A DNA stretch of 64,000 bases from Carcharhinus longimanus (GCA_030264375.1 JASCQW010000133.1:14337676-14401675); one strand, 5' to 3'. Counted from the first letter of the stretch, positions 11,851 through 25,809 are shown. Program-made: numbers and translations. The notes: generated by a model not told the origin, from the sequence alone.

Positions 11851-13199
11851 TGATCACCCTAGCTAATAGTTTCCTACTTTCCTCATTGTCACTACCAATG
11901 GTATCAAGAGCTCAGCTTCACAAAACATCCAATTGCTGCATTTTGCCACTTCTCTTCGTAATATCAAAAGCTTCATAATTTACATTTATTCTGGTACTTT
12001 AATAGGCAAATCACAATTACTACAAACTTCAAATCTACAATCCATTCCACTTTTAGGATTTCAATTTCAGCTACAGAATCCCAGTCCCTTTCCTTCAAGG
12101 ATGTAGCTGATTTCACATTAACGGGAATCCACCCAAGCAATCTTCCCTATATGGTGCATTACTTTCTGGAACCTTCTCAACTCTCCTCTCCAGCTGTGCT
12201 GTTTGTTCTAGTCATCTGAGTGCTGCACAGGTTCCATCTATTGACCTCCTTCCTGATGTCAAAGCTTCCAGGTCCCAAGGACCAGTCTTTTGCACCAACC
12301 AAAAATTATAATTGTCTTTACAAGTGATACAAACTCCTAAAAGTTCGTTTTCAGCATTTTTACGCCAGAGTAATCACAAGTTTCCCTTACTGTTACTGCT
12401 TTCAGGTCAAAGGCTGTCACACCAGAGCGATGTACATTGTTATATGTGATTAAGAAAGTCATAGGAACAAAAAGAGCTTCTCACTCAAACCTCATAATAT
12501 TAATTTCCACAGCAAAATGTTTAACAAACCAACAACATATGCGGTATCTAGCAATATTATCTCTCAGTCAGACATACAAAATGTTATTTAAAATTGTTAT
12601 GCTTATGTTGGTACTCCCATTTGAAGCAGTTTAATGAACTGGATCCAGAAATGTAACGTAATTCTGCAACGTGAGTGAAGCTGATGCAAGCAGTTTAATG
12701 CTAACTGCACCAATAATTCCTCTGACTAACGACCACAACGGTGCAAATGGCACAACCACATTAATGTTAACAGAGTAAATCATTTCTTTGATTTATTTCC
12801 ACTATGGTAGAGGCGGACATGCTTTAAATTTTGAACACAAGGAAAATTCGCCATCTTGTACTGAGCTTAACAATGTAAGATTGATTTACATCTGAGTGTA
12901 CAAGAATTGGACAAAGCACTTAGATTTCTTTATCTCAAAAACTCTAAAGTGGGTTCTTACTTCCGGGATAAGTGTGAAAATGGACTTCAGTGTCACACAG
13001 GTACATTTCTGCATAACACTGAATCATATAGAGTGACCAGATTTTCAGAAGTTATTATACTGCTTCGTGACAATTGACCCTGAAAAACTCAGGCTGGAAG
13101 GTATCTTGTACCTAGACTAAAAATAACCACTGGAATACATTGGGTGATGATTCACCATGAAAGACTCCAAGAATGTTTTGCGGAATACAAACAACCGCT

Positions 13200-13555
13200 T
13201 CTTAAAATTCTTTCATGGGATATAAGCATCGCAGGCAAAGCCAGCCTTTGTTCCCCTTCAGAATTGCCCGTGAACATGTAGTCGCTTGTTTGGCCATTTG
13301 AGAGAGCGTTTTGCACATTGCCCTGGGTCTGGAGTCACTTGTAGGTCAGATCAGGTTAAGGTAGGCACGTTTCCTTCCCTAAAGGGAAGAAATGAACCAG
13401 GTGGGTTTTACAAAAATTGACACGAGCTTTCAATTCCAAATTTTACTAATTGAATTCAGGCTCCACCAGTTGCCGTGGTGGGATTTGAAGCTCTGTGGAT
13501 GAATCCAAAGCATTAACTCGGGACTTCTCGATTGCTGGTCCAGTGATATTCTCAC
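13200..13555 (-). mobile_element. tRNA-derived SINE, same family as 11590
   Basis: Reverse homology over head, body and tail. Confidence 0.7.
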
Positions 13556-14525
13556 CAGCCTTGTGCCTTCCTTAATGGAATACTATGTCCTCTATAGTCA
13601 AACAATTTGGAGGTCAACGGTAATTGATTTCCCCAGTCAACTATGTAATCACAGTGGCAGCAGTTACAGAAGCAGTAGGATTATTAGCAATTACTCTAGA
13701 GATTGATAACTGTACATTTCAAAAGGCTTTTTTCTCATCTTAGAAAATAACAAAAAGAAATGGTAATTAGATTCCAATTCTCCTTCAGCATTTTAAACCT
13801 TGTTCCAAGGCGCGGTGGGAAAGAGTTGGGACCCCACGGTGACATGACAGCATTATTACCAGCCAATACAAAAATCACAGGAACATTTAAAACCCTAACT
13901 AATTTTCATTGGCATTTACACATTAGGGATGCTAACAATAAAATGGATGTTTTCATCAGAAGCTGGAAACTAGTGAATTTACTTCAGTGGCAGAGAATTA
14001 CATCCAGAGTCTCAACCAGGAAAACAAGTGAGAACATGAGAAGCTTGATTCTATTTCACAGCTCACCTGAACTTGCCTACCCCCTTCATCTGTGCTGCCT
14101 GGTGCTGCATTTACACATGCGGCTTCCAGTGTCAATCTTCTGTTGTCACTCCACCTTCCCTCATGGCTCTGGGTGCCAGGCGGTGGGAAGAACTTCTAGA
14201 TATGTGGGAGCATCTTGTGTGGACTCGCAGGTTGGCGAGCCTGTGACATCCTGATTAGCATAGTGCAATGCAGTGACAGGGTCTTTTTTGCCAACACTAA
14301 ATGGAACACGAGGGGTGGGCACTCAGGAGATAGAAAGTGTAGGAAGACCCTGATGTTCTGCGGGCCAGGAAATATAAAAACACAAACATTTGAGCAATTT
14401 GGAGAAAACTTGCAGGATACTGGGACTTTTAATGCAAAACCAAGACTGTCCCAGCAAAAATCGGGACATCCGAAGGTGAAGGCAAAAGTGGAAACTAATG
14501 GAAAAAAAACTGTTGCTGGCCATCT

Positions 14526-14732
14526 TGATTTGATTTATTATTGCCACATGTATTAGTATACAATGAAAAAAGTATTGTTTCTTGCGCGCTATACAGGCAA
14601 AGCATACTGTTGATAAAGAAAGAAAAGGAGCGCAGAATGTAGTGTGATAGTCATAGTAGAGAAAGATCAACTTAGTGTGAGATAGGTCCATTCAAAAGTC
14701 TGATGGCAGCAAGGAAGAAGCTGTTCTTGAGC
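14526..14732 (-). mobile_element. Rex/Babar- or L2-like LINE 3' end
   Basis: Reverse complement of the 2100-2313 family. Confidence 0.8.
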
Positions 14733-15433
14733 CATCATGAGACATGGGAGCATAACGAAGACAGTACTTTCAACAATACTTTGTCGCTGAGCTGATGTAC
14801 CAGGATTCAGCCAGTGTCCTGATTTATACTGAAAGTTATACTGCCAACTGTGAACTAGAAATAGGTTACAGCTGCTGGAGTTGCATTCTTCCTATTTTAA
14901 TACGCTGTGAAGTGAGATCTTCTTGAAAGTGGCAGTACATGCATATATACTCCGTTTTAGAAGATTTGACCAACACTTTGACCAAGTTTGCAAAAGCGAT
15001 GGGATGTAGCCTCACAAATTAAGCTGCAGGTACTCCTAGCACTTGTCAATTCATATTGGGAGAGATAAAGAATGGGTCACGAACAGCACTATATAAAGGA
15101 AATGCCTTTATTTCTTTAAGCTTTGATATGTAAACTAATTTTGAAGGGAACCTAAGAAAAAATAAGAGAAAGTTACTTACTAAGTTTGTAAAAATCCAAG
15201 TGTGTTTCTGTTAACTAAGTCATAGTGGTGTTTACAAGTTCAATAATGCTCATTTTCGAAAGGACCCTGATGTTTCCCATTTACATGGTTTGATCAAATC
15301 TGACAAAGCAATTGCATTAAAATGCTGAAGTAAAATTACTTTCCCTTAGGGGGAATAAAGATGAAAAGGACATTAAACCAATGCAAACAATCAACACAAC
15401 AATCCAGGTTTTATATAAATATTTTCCACTTAC

Positions 15434-15561
15434 CTCCTGTCCTTGTTTCCAGTAACAGCTAGATAAGGAGGACTGTCCTTCAGGTTCACACAAGTGAAGT
15501 CTCCTGCAGAGTTCCCCAGTGTTGCCAAAAGTTGAGCTGTTTGTAGGCAGTAAACCTGGAT
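15434..15561 (-). CDS. FBXW8: FBXW8 internal coding exon (about human exon 8); not in the ORF track
   Basis: Acceptor ttattttctag|ATC and donor AG|gtaagt; 128 nt, phase 0 to 2. IQVYCLQTAQLLATLGNSAGDFTCVNLKDSPPYLAVTGNKDR(R) matches recalled FBXW8 ILVYSLEAGRRLLKLGNVLRDFTCVNLSDSPPNLMVSGNMDGR and is in frame with the previous exon. Confidence 0.95.
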
Positions 15562-17014
15562 CTAGAAAATAATAAAGAGTTATGTAATGATGAAGAAGAC
15601 CAGACTGAAATGACTAAAAACCAGAACAATGCAACAAATCTTATTTTGTTGCAAATATTAGTATTTATTTCAATGTCAGCAAAGTGAGCAGTCAATACCT
15701 ATTTTTGTGCTCCATTTTCCTGCCAGAATGGGTGAAAAAATAGCCTCAGGACCAACTCAGNNNNNNNNNNCTGTAACATACTAACGAATTAAATGGAACT
15801 ACTATGTTGATTCTGGGTGACTGAAAATTTTGGAAATTTTTCAAAAGAAGAAAAACAATGCCACAAAGGATTTACCTGATATCAGCCTTTAACAGATGGA
15901 TCATAATGTATATTATTAAACCTGGTTAAAATCAACCAAAAGAAAGACTTAAAAAAAAAAGTTTGTATTTGCAAGGTCTCTAAATATATATTTAGCAACT
16001 ATTTTTCCCTGCCATTTGTGTCATTTTACACAGGTCACTGGATTAGCCCTATGAATCCATTACTGACTCAGTTAATTGATTATTTTCTTTGTTACCTAAT
16101 GTATTGAATATTGCTGTACTTGGTCAACTCGTCAAAATTTTAAAAAGGTCATCATAAAGAGTTAAGTAATGTTCCCAGGAGCACAGCGTGGCTTTTGAAA
16201 CAGTAATGGACTGACTGCATGAAACCACTAAGTGAGTAATTCAATTTTCAATATTCCAGATTGGAACAACGAGTAACACTACCAGGAGCTGATGGCAGAA
16301 TGCAGAGAAGAATTATGCATAATTATTGTGATATTTTACAAAAAAAGGTCAAAATGCTTCTGATTAATGTACTTAAAAATCGATAGATTTCCGAGACAAA
16401 CCATTTGTTTCAGATATAATCAAAGCATCGGTTTATGGTCTCAGGTTTGGGCTACTTTTTGGTATGCAGGTCTCATTTCTGAATGTATTGTTCAGGCATT
16501 AAATAGTCTGGGAGTTTACTTAATTCAAGGTTTCATTCTTCTTTGGTCCACAAATTCCCTAACTTTTGTGCAGGAGAACTATAAGTATCACAGAATTGGC
16601 TTTAAGATTTTTATTATTATTCAACAATTTTCATATGCAAATATTTAGATAATAAATCACCTGAATAAAGCTGCAAAAAATGCTTAAATAGTTAAGGGCA
16701 GAAACTTCCATTTGAGTGTTCTGGGAGGAAAGCATTATTTTACCTCCACTAACATTATTGCGTGCCACAGATCGGAATAATCAACAAACCTCAGTGCCTT
16801 GCAAATTGTAAATCTGGGGCTGCAAATTGTGGATCTGAAATTTACAAACACTTTGAACAGGACAAGGTTACAGATTGCCATGATAAAATTCAGTTGTGAT
16901 TTTTATTTTATTTTTTCTAAGCCCTGATATTTCAATGTGAAATACTGTTGTATAAATCAGTGCATCGATCAACGATTCCTGTCTTCACTGCTGTATTCTT
17001 AGCTGATTTAAGAT

Positions 17015-17158
17015 AAATGGGTTAGGTTGATTGGCCGTGCTGAATCACCCCTTCATGTAAGGGGTATTAGCAGGGTAAATGCCTGGGTGGGATTGTTTGT
17101 CAGCACAGTCTTGATGGGCCAAAAGGCTTCTTTCTGCACTGCAGGGATTCTATGATTT
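17015..17158 (+). mobile_element. HE1-like SINE, 3' half
   Basis: gggttaggttgattggcc...ttctgcactgcagggattctatga. Confidence 0.75.
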
Positions 17159-18044
17159 TTGCTAATAGACAGAGGATTTTCAGATAAAAGAAAAAAGTTT
17201 TCTAATGTCAGTATTCCATGCATGATTTCAGAGATTCAATACTTAAACATGGATTTCCAAATATATAGCAAATCTGCCTAATATGGAGCCTTAAATTCAT
17301 AAACTTTCACTTACATAGTGCCTATAGGGAAGGTTAGTGGAGATGTGAGGAAGAGACAGGTACTTAGCAGTTTTTTAAAAAACGTGCAGCAAAGTAGACG
17401 TATCTGGGAACACTACTGATACTTGATCTAATCAACATTCTTAATCTGTGATTGTTTGACAGCTAAAAGTTCTGCCAGCAATGATTTAACTGAAAGAGAG
17501 GAGTGCACAAAGTAGTCCACAAGTACACAGGCATGAGGGTGCTGGCAGAAACAACAGAAATAGGGTTAGGGAAATAATTTACAAACAAGGACTAGAATTT
17601 TGACGTTACGGATCGTAACTGTTGTCAGTGTTTTCACCTGAAATGCGTTACAGGAGTTCATGAATTTGGTTTTAGATGAAAATAAACATAATTAAATGTC
17701 CCAGTTTTCACCTACTTGCTGCATTTATTCCAAAAATTGTGCAGTTGCTATTTTTATGATGGAGATGATGGTCTGGGTTTCTACATTGTAAGTACTTTGA
17801 TTTTTTTAAAGTTTCCAATTACTTTTAATAGAAGAATGGGTAGAATTAACTTGTATATTACCGATTCATTACTATACTTTGTATGTTTTGCTTGTTGCTT
17901 GACCCAGCCCCCCACCTCCATTCTGCCAACTGTTTGAACAACAGCTGTTGATAATGATTCTGCTATTGCCATTTACATTTTCTCTCCATCTATCTCTTTT
18001 ACTTGTCCCATTATAATCTCTTTTTGCTTGCTGTCATCTCTTAG

Positions 18045-18346
18045 ATTCATAGAATCCTTACAGTGCAGGAGGCTGCCATTTGGCTCGTCAACAACACTGA
18101 CAACAATCCCATCCAAGGCCTATCCCATGACCCCATGTATTTATCCTGCTAATCCCCCTGATGCTAAGGGACAATTTAGCATGGTCAATCTTTCAGATTG
18201 TGTGAAGAGACTGGAGCACCCAGAAGAAACCCATGCAGACATGGGGAGAATGTACAAATTCCGCACAGACAGTGACCCAAGTTAGAATTGAACCTGGGTC
18301 CCTGGCGCTATGAGGCAGTAGTCTAACCACTGTACCACCATGCCGC
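18045..18346 (-). mobile_element. HE1-like SINE inserted in a Penelope-like fragment (about 17985-18500)
   Basis: Minus-strand head cggcatggtggtacagtggttag..cagggacccaggttcaatt; the downstream flank ends in agttctgatgaaagg..cctgaaa. Confidence 0.85.
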
Positions 18347-18822
18347 TCTTTCATCTTTTCATATTTCTTGCCTTCCCGCTCTATCACAGACCTTGCCTTC
18401 AGTTCTGCCTTCCCTTGCCCACTTTCCTTGCATCTGTTTTGGATCTGTTACATCTCTTAACTTTTTCAGTTCTGATGAAAGGACACCAACCTGAAATGCT
18501 TGTAGATCTTTAAAAGTGGCAGCCTGGTCAGCTTATCTGCTAGATCCAATTTTTGGGGAAAGGGCAGGTGCGATTTACACAGGAAGGAAACCTGAGCTCA
18601 GCAGGGCTATTCAAACTGAGTTCAAACAGACCCTATCTTTATTTTGCTAGGATTTTAACCTACAAAGTGATGAATTTAATATTAGCACACTTGAAGGGTG
18701 GGATAAGGTCTGTAATACTGTCACGGTCTGAAGTTTTTCAAATGCCCCGTATTGAACTGAGTATTAAAAACCACCCTTTGCTGGATTGTTTTCATTGACA
18801 AGCTTAGAAAAAGAAACCTAAC

Positions 18823-19638
18823 GGGTGCGATTTTACCACCTTGCCATACCCAGGAAACCAGTGTGCTTCGCGAAAAATACTATTTATGCCTGCTGCCAAA
18901 CAGTTTGTTTTGTTCTGGCCCCTTTCCTAGGACGCAAAGCTTATTTGCATGAGAGTGATTGGATCATTNNNNNNNNNNNNNNNNNNNNNNNNNNNNNNNN
19001 NNNNNNNATGCATGCTTCCCAACTCAGATGTCACAATGGCACAAATCAGTACTGGTCTCTGCTAGCTATGGCAGGAGAATCTGAACCCATTGAAGACCCC
19101 GAGTGATCGGGGCATGGTCAGGCAGTGCCTGTGCCAGTGCAATGTCAAGGTGGTGGGGCCGGTGGGAGTGACCAGGGGCTATGATTGGGACATGATGGGG
19201 GGTGGTGGTGGTTATGGAACAGTATGGGTTGTGCAGGGGTGGGTCATGAAGAGTGTGGTGTGTTGGGGGTCATCATGTGGCTATATGGTTCCCAATACTG
19301 AAAATGCTTGTCGGTGAGGCAGTGGGGGAACATACCATTGATGAGGGGGGGGGGGGGGTGTGTGTGCTGTTCAATGTCCACGGTGGGGGCGGGGGGAGCG
19401 ATATGGTCTCCCGGTGCACTGAGAGGGAGATTGGGGAACCTTTACATAACAGTGCCCAAGTTCTCTGCAGCCAGCTCACCAGTGTGTTTAGGTGATTGAT
19501 GCCCACCCTCAGTACTGCCACACAATTCTCCAAAAAAGTGACTAAGTCTGAGACGATTGTAATCCAGAGAGACCAGCGGAGGTCACCCCATTTTTCTTAC
19601 CACGGATACGTAGAAATTTCTTTGGGAAAATTCTGCCC
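18823..19638. mobile_element. GC-rich non-autonomous DNA transposon (Harbinger-like MITE)
   Basis: Imperfect TIRs GGGTGCGATTTTACC and GGAAAATTCTGCCC; GC-rich interior against an AT-rich background. Confidence 0.6.
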
Positions 19639-19887
19639 ATGGGTCATGCAGTTTCAATAGAGTTCCTTGTTGACATTTTCTGTTGAAACTGAGTTTCAAA
19701 AGCAACTGTTATCTCAGCAGGGACTTCTAAGTTCACAGTTTGATTGGCATCTTAGAGGTTATTCAAAGATGAGCCATCTTTGACATGGAGTCTGAATGTT
19801 ATAAGAAATTTAAAAGTTTTGAATGGATTTTGTTAATGACAGATTTTTCACAATCAAGTGTTTAGGAGACAGAGCCGAAATATATTA

Positions 19888-19961
19888 AACAAAGAACAAA
19901 GAACAAAGAACAACCCAGCACGGGAAACAGGCCCTTCGGCCCAACGAGCCCGTGCCGCCGC
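19888..19961 (-). mobile_element. Young HER1/CR1 3' tail running into a gap
   Basis: (aagaacaa)3 tail followed by ggaaacaggcccttcggccca; CpGs retained. Confidence 0.75.
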
Positions 19962-21356
19962 NNNNNNNNNNNNNNNNNNNNNNNNNNNNNNNNNNNNNNN
20001 NNNNNNNNNNNNNNNNNNNNNNNNNNNNNNNNNNNNNNNNNNNNNNNNNNNNNNNNNNNNNNNNNNNNNNNNNNNNNNNNNNNNNNNNNNNNNNNNNNNN
20101 NNNNNNNNNNNNNNNNNNNNNNNNNNNNNNNNNNNNNNNNNNNNNNNNNNNNNNNNNNNNNNNNNNNNNNNNNNNNNNNNNNNNNNNNNNNNNNNNNNNN
20201 NNNNNNNNNNNNNNNNNNNNNNNNNNNNNNNNNNNNNNNNNNNNNNNNNNNNNNNNNNNNNNNNNNNNNNNNNNNNNNNNNNNNNNACAACTTCTAAAAC
20301 AGCTGGAACAAAGTTCCTGAGAACTGAAGTGGATCTTCTAACCAACCCACCTTGGCACTTGCCCGCCCTTGTGGCTACCTATGCACTGCCTCCATGGTTG
20401 ATAGGACTAACTCCATCCCACACCTATCCACCACAGAGCAAAAATAATGCCTTTCAGGGTACTTTTAAATCAAGGCAAGTCCAGGGAGTCAGAAAATTTC
20501 CCCACTGGAGTCACCCATGTTGGTAGCCAAATCTGGCCCACTTGCATTGACAAATGGTGTCCAGGGAGTGCAGCAAAACCTCTGGCCATATACGGTTAAG
20601 ATTTGAGTAGTGGAATTCTGAAAAGTTTGCTTACATTGCATTGAAAAATACATTGAAATGGTACAAATGTGGATGAAGTGTGGTTGAAGACAGGAACATC
20701 TCACAAATGGAAATATGGTTTTAGTGAGGTAGATATATCATTTTGCTGTGTTGATCATATTATACTATAGGACCATTCATTTGCCAGTACACACGCGAAT
20801 CCCACATTTCAATAAAGGAAATTTTAGAATGTGCCAATGGACTGCAATTTCTCCAGTTTTTTTTTTAATATTGAAGATAACTGTTTTACACGGGTGACAG
20901 AGTAGCTCTGGAGTCAGATCTTAAATTGAGAATTCTTGAAAATTGAACGATGCTTTGATAAGAAAATTCGATAAATTACTTTCTTTCATTACACAGATCT
21001 AAATCTGATCCAATATAACCAGATATATGAGTGTCAGGAGACCATTTGTTCATGGGGTGAGGAGACATTACCACTGACGTTGATTCTGTTAGCCTAACAA
21101 ACACAGCCATTTGTATTCCAGCATGTCACTGGGTGAAGGCGAAGAACAGGAACTGGTCTAATTTTCCCCAATCTAGCTCAATGGTGCTGAGACCAAGTAT
21201 AGATTCTCTTAACCCAAAAGTTAGACTGGAGACTTCTACGACATTTATTAATTGAGCCATTTAGTTGTAGTTAATTTGCATATATTCTGCTTTGCAACAA
21301 ACTGCATTTATATATTCTGTTTCACAAGAAACTACATTAGTTATGTATAAAACTCA

Positions 21357-21492
21357 AGCTCTGACACAGGCTCGTTCAGACTCAAAACATTGGCTCTATT
21401 CTCTCTCCACGGATGCTGTCAGGTCTGCTGAGTTTCTCCAGCATTTTCTATTTTGTTTCAGATTCCAGCATCTGCAGTATTTTGCCTTCATC
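21357..21492 (+). mobile_element. Penelope-like terminal fragment
   Basis: Homologous to 4716-4851 and 47373-47510. Confidence 0.75.
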
Positions 21493-23943
21493 TTTTCAAG
21501 AGGTTGGACAGGAAGTAAACATATTTTCAACATGGTGCGCTAAAACCCTGGTGATCCAGTAATAAATATCAATATTGGTTTCTCTTGCTAGGTTTTCTTC
21601 TTGCTACTTCAATATCGTATAATTGTACCAAAAATGACCTGATGGTCTGGTAGAGTGTTGCACAATTCCCCAACTGATAGCAGATAGCAATGGTGTTGTA
21701 TTGACTATGATCTGATGTGTTCTTTGCTGAAGAGATCAGACACTGCATACTTTGTTCCTTGTTGNNNNNNNNNNNNNNNNNNNNNNNNNNNNNNATAGCA
21801 TAGTGAAATATAATACAGCCTTCTGGCGGCTTCTCCCTCTCCTCCTAAACCGGCTACTGCTTTTAATAGTGTATTATAGCTAATTATTTGGATTAAGAAT
21901 CTGAAGTTCATTCAAATGCCAATGCTCGTTCCGCAATAGCATTTGAACTAGAAAAGCCAGCTGTTAACATTTGTTGGTATACATATGAAATTTATAGACA
22001 CGTGGAATTTACAATTGAAATAGAAGAGCTGATTATTGGAAATAGGATACTGCAGCTTTCAAGGTGTGAGTAACACTATCTCTCTCAGTTAATGTATTAA
22101 TACAATTAAAAACATGGGATATCGATCAAAGAGGCATTAGTAAAGTGGTTTAGTAGTGTATATTATGATAAGTAAACCAAAGCTGTACTGACTGTAGCTG
22201 CAGAGAGCTTCAATCAGTCAGTCATCCTATCAGGTAGATTATATATGATAGCATGGTGAGGGGGTTGGGACAAGTAACAAGCAAAACATTTATAAATCTT
22301 AATAGCGCTTAAAAATTAAATTGAATTGTTAACTGCTTCCACCCCTTTCTTCTATTAATAATAATTGAGTGAATAAAATCTAACATTTGCAATGGAGAAG
22401 TCCAGAAGATCATAAGGTATTTCCCATCATTAGTTTAACAAAAACTGCACAACTTTTAAGAATGAATTTCTTTTCGGATGAAAAATAGGATTAACAGTAA
22501 TTATAGTTCAGTACATTCAGATCACAATGCTCCTGACTTTAAGGTATCTGTCATTATATATGAATGCAGTCAAAAATTACACACAGTGTGATCAAAACAT
22601 CTTTTTCATAAATATGTTATAAATCATTTAAGTCTGAGATGATTTATTGTATAGTTTTTACACCTTCTCCCTGGAGAGAACACTGGTAAGTCTCAGGGTT
22701 CCACTATGAATTGAATCTCTTGGCCTGTGGCCTTGCCGTCCTACAGCACAGTAGGATATAACAGTCCATGACTGCTATTTTCACAGTGAAAGTTAGAAAA
22801 GTATTTTAGAAACACGCAAAACTGAACACAGCATTTAAGTATAATCACACACTGAAACCAAAGTAATGCAACAATCACTTTCTGCTTGCCAAGAAAGTAA
22901 CTGCAACAGGAATTTTATCAGAATAAAAATCTGTAGTGGCATTTAAGAATCTACAACATGCATTATTAATCAATAGTGCAATGCCACTTGGGAAATTTGC
23001 TTAAATAAAGTAACTAGGAGCGTAGGGAAAGAACAGTGCATCACATTTGAGGGCTGAATCAAATATAACCTAGACAGATGGGATAAAGATCTTTTACCTT
23101 GATTGCTGCAAGGGATTTCTGGTGAAAGATTCAGGTCATTTCAATTCAGGTTCTCATGGACAGCAGTCTTTGCACTGGCCACACACTCAGCAAGAATGTG
23201 TGAAATAAATGGTGCAATTGTATCTAAGAGTATTTAATCACAAATTAACTTAGTCTATAGCTCATGAATGCACTGTTTTGTTCTGAAGGATCTTTGCTTT
23301 GTATTCTCTTACAGATTACTACATTACAAAAGACATGCTGCAGCATACATACTGATTTATAGGTTATATAGTCAATGCAGACACATTGAAAGTCTTATAA
23401 ATCCGTTTAGTTCTTCACATTATGGCAGGGACAATAACTGGCAAGAGAAGGATCAATCGTTGTCAGAGGATTCATGATACATGAGGCAAGAGAGAGAGTT
23501 AGCACTGGGCACTAGCAGGTGGTAATGCTTGGACTTTGTTGTGGTGAAGTCAAAGGATTTTATTCCTCAAGGAGAGGCCTAGAGTGACCTTTGGTTTTAA
23601 GGATGAGCAGAGAACATGTATGGATATTTCCAAGCATCACCTAGTTATAGGTGCAGTTAATGCATAATTTACTTTGCTTCGTGGATGACTCATTGTTTCT
23701 TTTTGTTGGGAGGGTTTCTAAATTGTCCCAGGTTTGAAAGATATACTGTCTTTCTGCTTCAAGTGAAACCTTAGTAAACATTGCTTTGATTCCTTGCCCA
23801 GATATCAGTGAGTCTAGCAGATATGGTATTGTGTCTCGTGGATTGTCTTCAGAACTTCAGTTAAATTCTCCCAACTAATCTAGGATCAACTTGGAAAACA
23901 AGTACATGGTTCCTTTTCTCTACAAAATCAATCTTGTCAAAGT

Positions 23944-24139
23944 AGGTAGTCTCACATCACCAGGTTAAAGTCCAACAGGTTTATTTGGTAGCATGAGTTC
24001 TGGAGCACTGTTCATTCATCAAGTGAAGGAGCGGTGTTCCTAAAGCTTGTGCTATCAAATAAACCTATTGGACTTTAATCTGGTGTTTTGAGACTACTTA
24101 CTGTGCTTACCCCAGTCCAACACCGGCAACTCCACATCA
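23944..24139. mobile_element. Palindromic Penelope-derived terminal repeat
   Basis: 23944-24000 is an imperfect inverted repeat of 24043-24099 (ccaggttaaagtccaacaggtttatttg / caaataaacctattggactttaatctgg). Confidence 0.7.
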
Positions 24140-25424
24140 AGCCTTCTCAAACTCTTTGCTCCACCCCTGACCATCAATAATAAATTTCATGCATTTCATT
24201 ATCCCCAAGATTGAGATTATTTTGCTGCCTCCTACCCACTCTCATGCTGTTCTCCTATGTAGCTGTTGGCATCCAGTTCTATGTTTCCATCGCTTCCCTC
24301 AGTGTCAACATCATCACTCAGATGCTAGATTATTTGTCTGACAACCTGCCCAGCCTGAACCAGACTATAAAATCATAGCATTCTGCTTGATACTTTCTGT
24401 TTCTCTTTTAATGTTTAAAAAGCAGCTTTTGACAACCAAAGTGTGAATGAAATGGCTACAATTCAGAATGCTATAGCATAGCATCCTGAATTATGAATAA
24501 CTGGGAGACAAAAGCTTGCGTTGAAGGTAACTTCACAGGAATCATAACTTCTATTCAGGAAAAGCTACACATTTAGAGCAAGAATAAAAGACATGACCAA
24601 CTTACAACTCCCAAATGAGCTTCAGCATTAGTTTTAGTTATAGTCATAATGAGAATTATAAAACATTAGCCACCTCAGTGTAGGTGATTGATATGTGAAA
24701 AATGCTTTAAGTAGCAAAGCCCACTTCTCCCTCTCAAAGCTGACCAAACAAAACATTCATTTTACTTGCCCTGTCTGATAATGTAAATTATTCATGCATA
24801 TATGGCACTTAGAAAAGTGTATCAAATCTATAAAATGTTACACTATGAAACTCCTTTATTGAAATATTGGTTTGATATACAAGCATATACACAAAGGAAT
24901 TAGTTATAAGCTATAATTCATGTTTTTGAGTGACAACTTACTTTAGACACTTTACCTTGACCGCAGCACATTGAATCAGCGCCAACATTCACTTGCATTA
25001 GACAGTCTCAATGCTCAACAGCCCATAGTTCCCATTTGCTAAGCTTCTTAAAGGTAAAACTATTTTACAACTTGTTAGGTTGTACTTTTAAATCTCAATT
25101 AAGTATGACACATCAGTGATACAAAGGAATTAGAAACTTGTTTGTGTTTAAAGAATTGGGTATATGCTGAGTGCATAAAACACAACAGTAAATATGCCTC
25201 ACTGTGACTACCTCCTACAAAAAGGCCATTGGATAAACCTGCCCTGCAATTGCATTTCATGCTTTTAACTAGTGGGCAACAGATTTGACATGAATGCATA
25301 TCTCAATGAACATTTTGAGAGAAAAAAATCATGCAAGTCAGACAATGGCTGATGTGATTTGCATGCAATGCACCCCAAAATCCGATATCTTACAACTAAA
25401 CAGTTATCATTGAGTTTACATTAG

Positions 25425-25748
25425 AAATGGGGAAGTCCAGAAGTAGGGGTCATAGTTTGAAGATGAGGGGTAAATCTTTTAGGACTGAGGTGAGGGGAAA
25501 TTTCTTCACTCAGAGTGGTGAATCTGTGGAATTCACTACCACAGAAAGTAGTTGAGGCTGAAATGTTGTGTGCTTTCAATAAGAAATTAGATGTAGCTCT
25601 TGGGGTTAAAGGGATCAAGGAATGTGGGGGGTGTGGGGGATCAGGATATTGAATTTTATGATCAGCCATGATCAAAATGAACGACAGAGCAGGCTTGAAG
25701 GGCTAAATGCCGAGTCCTGCTTCTGTTTTCTATCTTTGTGTTTCTATT
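25425..25748 (+). mobile_element. CR1 LINE 3' end
   Basis: GHSLKMRGKSFRTEVRGNF..RVVNLWNSLPQKVVEA followed by a CR1-type 3' UTR. Confidence 0.88.
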
Positions 25749-25809
25749 TAGGTATCACATGAGTGTAGAGAGTGCTAAAACAAGGAATATCGGTATAAAA
25801 TTCTGATTT

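Noticed and set aside
19854-20526. Long ORFs spanning N-runs (also at 3204, 26700, 32147, 37446, 50820)
   Set aside because: Their length comes from X residues in assembly gaps.
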